From assembly GCF_001194135.2 (NCBI RefSeq), contig NC_068997.1, positions 36,655,157-36,719,156 on the forward strand: 64,000 nt of DNA, in the 5' to 3' direction. This stretch comes from Octopus bimaculoides. Lineage: Eukaryota. The notes under the pieces are model-generated. The model saw only the letters and a program-made list of their open reading frames with translations. It made no database searches and was not told the DNA's origin. Positions 61,033 through 64,000 of the stretch are shown piece by piece. The first letter of the stretch is position 1. Each line of letters opens with the position of its first letter. The position numbers and the translations under genes are program-made.

Positions 61033-61978
61033 GAAGAAATGAAACTTGTCAATAAGGCATTTTAACAGAATATGATGGATATGTAAAGTGATGAACTGAA
61101 CGCTATTAAGTTTTCTTTTTTAAATGTTAGATGATACAACATCAAAGGTAGCCTATAGAAAGAGGGGGGGGGGGTAAAGGAAAGAAAAAATCAGAAACCA
61201 AATAAATGAGAAGTATAGAATTATATGTAAATTTTAAAAAACCCTAAAGTCTTGGAAAAAGTGAAAGTGAAATTGAAATGTAAGAAGAAAATCAATGTTT
61301 AAATTATATATAATGATAGATATCACTTATATGAACTAAAGGTGTGTTTCTGCCAATGTTTTCATTGGTAAGCACGCTCTATAACTATGTTTACAAGAGG
61401 ATTTTTAGAAAAAAAGAATAAAAAATAGTTCAGAATTACAGAGAAGACAGAAATCCTTGCTTTATCATAAGGGAACAAAATTGAGAGAATCAACCAATCT
61501 AAATTAAATTGTTTATTATGGTCTTTTAGATACCAAATTAATTTACTAAGCCCTGTACTGTTATGTTTATTCCTATCCCTAAATATAGAGTAATGATTAG
61601 AAATTCTTTTAGATAACTGAGAAGAAGAACTACCTATATAAAAAAAGACATCAGTACCTGAAGTAATTTTACACTGGTATATAGAATTTTTAATTTTAGA
61701 GTTACTTGACATAAACTTAATTCTTTTGGAATTGCCTTCAGAGACAATAACTTTGTTATTAATATTTCTCGGGAGATGGATGGTATCAGCTAAATTAATG
61801 TTAGTATTAAGTAAATGTATTCTTATTTAACAGGCTAATATTATTTCTTCTTTCCTTTACCCCTCCTCTTTCTATATCCTCTAACGTTTTTTTTTTTAAA
61901 CTTAATAGCATTCAGTTAATCACTATACATATCTGTCATTTTCTGTTAAAATGTCTTATTGACAAGTTTTATTTCTTC

Positions 61979-62065
61979 ATTTCTCTGAAGAGAAGATTAC
62001 ATTGTTTTACACCATTTTATTCTTTTGGAATAATACCAATGATATCTTCAAAACGTGTCGGAAGT
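61979..62065 (+). ncRNA. Inverted hammerhead copy with G12>A core change (probably inactive)
   Basis: AUUUCU-CUGAAGA-GAAGAU...AUCUUC-AAAAC-GU-GUC-GGAAGU. Confidence 0.7.
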
Positions 62066-62122
62066 AAACGAATTTGAATAACACCTGCATTTAACTCCAT
62101 TTATTTATTTATTTATATTTGC

Positions 62123-62153
<31 letters not shown>

Positions 62154-62209
62154 TATATATGTACATCATCAATATCCATGTTGCATGGATGTGTGTGTAC
62201 ATATATCGT

Positions 62210-62420
62210 AATCGTCATCAACATTCCTCATTTTCCATGTTGGGCAATTTGGCATGATCTGATGTGTCCAAGGATTGCATTGCACTCCAATGTCTGATTT
62301 GGCATGGCTTCATTGGCTGGATGCCCTTCCTAATGTCAATCATATTAGTGTGTACTAGGTACTTTTTCTATGCCACCAGTACTATTGAGGTCACTATGCA
62401 GCTTACAAGACAAGAAACCT
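62210..62420 (-). mobile_element. Older RTE-derived 3' tail
   Basis: ttttccatgttggg...ggctggatgcccttcctaatg. Confidence 0.6.
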
Positions 62421-62789
62421 CGAGAAAGTAGAAGGCTGGTTTTATGCTAGGGGATGAAGTGTTAAAGCATGACAGAAGGAGAGGGTCAGAGCAGATTCTT
62501 CTAGAAGAGCTGCATGGTTACTCACATTTAGTATGAGAAGGAGACAATGATCAGTAGAAAGTGCAAAGAGAAGATAATAGAGATCAGATGAACCTCACTC
62601 AAAGCATGAGCTGAGTAGAAGTGTATGTGTGGGGGAAATTGCAAGAGCATATGGGGAACAGGGGACGAGCAGGTGGGAAGGCAACCTGTAACTGTAAAAC
62701 AAAAAAATGTCAGGTAGAGTTGAAAGATGATGATCAATGAGTCATGATCTGAGGAGGATAGAGGGATGCAGAAGTGGTGGGGAAAGTGG

Positions 62790-63560
62790 CAATAGGGTAC
62801 AACTGACAATAGTCCTGTTTGATATATAGGAAAAGTGTTGAAATAAAATTCATATGGAGTGCCCAGCACAAGCTATGGACATATAAAAGTTTCAGTAGAA
62901 TCATAGGAAGGTTAACTGAGAAAGTAGTCTTTGAATGTAGCAAGGATGCAGGAACAATAAACACTCAGTACACAAAGGAATTAGATTTTCTCAAATGCCC
63001 ACGTAGTTCCTTAGAGGTTGTGAATATTTTCTGTTACCTAGGTAACCTAATTAACAGTGGAAGAGGATGTCCTGAAAATATAGTTGCTAGAATAAGAATA
63101 GTTTAGAGAAATTCAGGGAGCTATTATCTCTGTTGGCAACAAAAGGTCCCTCTCTGAGTGAATAACAGACCTAATGATGCTTGTGTACAAACAGCTAAGC
63201 TACATGTGAGATGTAGGCCCGACAAAGATTGGGGAGGAGTACTCTGATGGATGTGCAATGTCAGTGTACACATATAACAAAATACAAATGTGCTGGGAGA
63301 AAAACTGGGCATTAGAGGAACAAGATATAGTGTGCAAGAAAGAAGACTGTAATGGTTTGGACATGTGATGCACATGGATGAGGGCTGCTGGATAAAGTGC
63401 CAGTTGCTTAAAGCAGCTGAAACTTGTGAAAGAGGAAGAGCCAGAAAATTGTGGGATGAAGTGGTGAGGGCTGAACTCAAGATGTTGAGCCTTACAGAAA
63501 TGACAAAGGACCAGGATATCTGATAATATGAAGTTCTTGAGAAAACCCATCCTCCTTAGA
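62790..63560 (+). mobile_element. RTE LINE RT C-terminal remnant
   Basis: HKLWTYKSFSRIIGRL, LEVVNIFCYLG, WFGHVM, RGRARKLWDEVV. Confidence 0.8.
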
Positions 63561-63774
63561 GAAACTGAATTCTGGAGGTGCTGTGTATTAGGTGCTCTCC
63601 ACCAACACATTACACTGATCTTCCTTGACTTCATTAATGAAGCAAACTACCTCTCATCATGCACTATGCCTATCTCTCTTCTTGCTCCTGCAGCCTATTC
63701 TACCTTGTTATATATATATATATATATATACATACACACATATACATACAATATATACACACACACACATACAT

Positions 63775-64000
63775 ATATTTCAGAGAGCAATCATTTCTGT
63801 AGGTAACAAAATATCTCCCTCAGAGAATGAAAGGCAGACTGTATGATGCTTGTGTGCAAATAGCAATGCTACATGATAATGAGATGTGGGCCATGAATGC
63901 TGAGACTAGAAAGAAATGAAGCTAACAAACTTGGATGCTATGTTGGTTGTGTAATGTCAGTGTGTGTGTACAATGAAATACTAATGTGTTGAGAGAAAAA
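63775..64000 (+). mobile_element. RTE LINE fragment, runs off window end
   Basis: aaaggcagactgtatgatgcttgtgtgcaaatagcaatgctacatg aligns to 43890-44060. Confidence 0.75.

Larger units (their letters stand above)
60780..62105 (-). mobile_element. Penelope-like element fragment: GIY-YIG flanked by inverted copies of its 3' terminus
   Basis: ORF 61362-61712 SIYQCKIT..FYIGSS..KRISNH..STGLSKLIWYLK; 60904-61190 is the reverse complement of 61838-62105. Confidence 0.85.

Overview
AT-rich, gap-riddled eukaryotic draft sequence made almost entirely of transposable-element remnants and microsatellites. The SINE, RTE and Penelope family mix resembles an octopus/coleoid cephalopod genome (inference from remembered repeat families, not checked). 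No intact protein-coding gene, rRNA, tRNA or CRISPR array is visible. Most long ORFs in the track are artefacts of N-gaps or (TA)/(CA) repeats. Recognisable content: many RTE-clade LINE fragments and 3' tails, two CR1/L2-like LINE remnants, an R4/Dong-like 3' end, tRNA-derived SINEs, about four distinct Penelope-like (PLE, GIY-YIG) lineages, a full-length decayed Ty3/Gypsy element with a 5-bp TSD, a truncated CsRn1-like Gypsy, Tc1 and mariner elements, hAT- and piggyBac-type MITEs, and about seven Helitron remnants. Two candidate minus-strand exons (26020-26150, 6405-6520) suggest the window may be mostly intron of an unidentified host gene. The most notable signal is a set of type-I hammerhead ribozyme motifs, most of them at PLE termini. 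These include one apparently intact copy (60944-61032, minus) with a mutated inverted twin, and a back-to-back divergent pair forming a 235-bp palindrome (2437-2671). Many TE boundaries are approximate.
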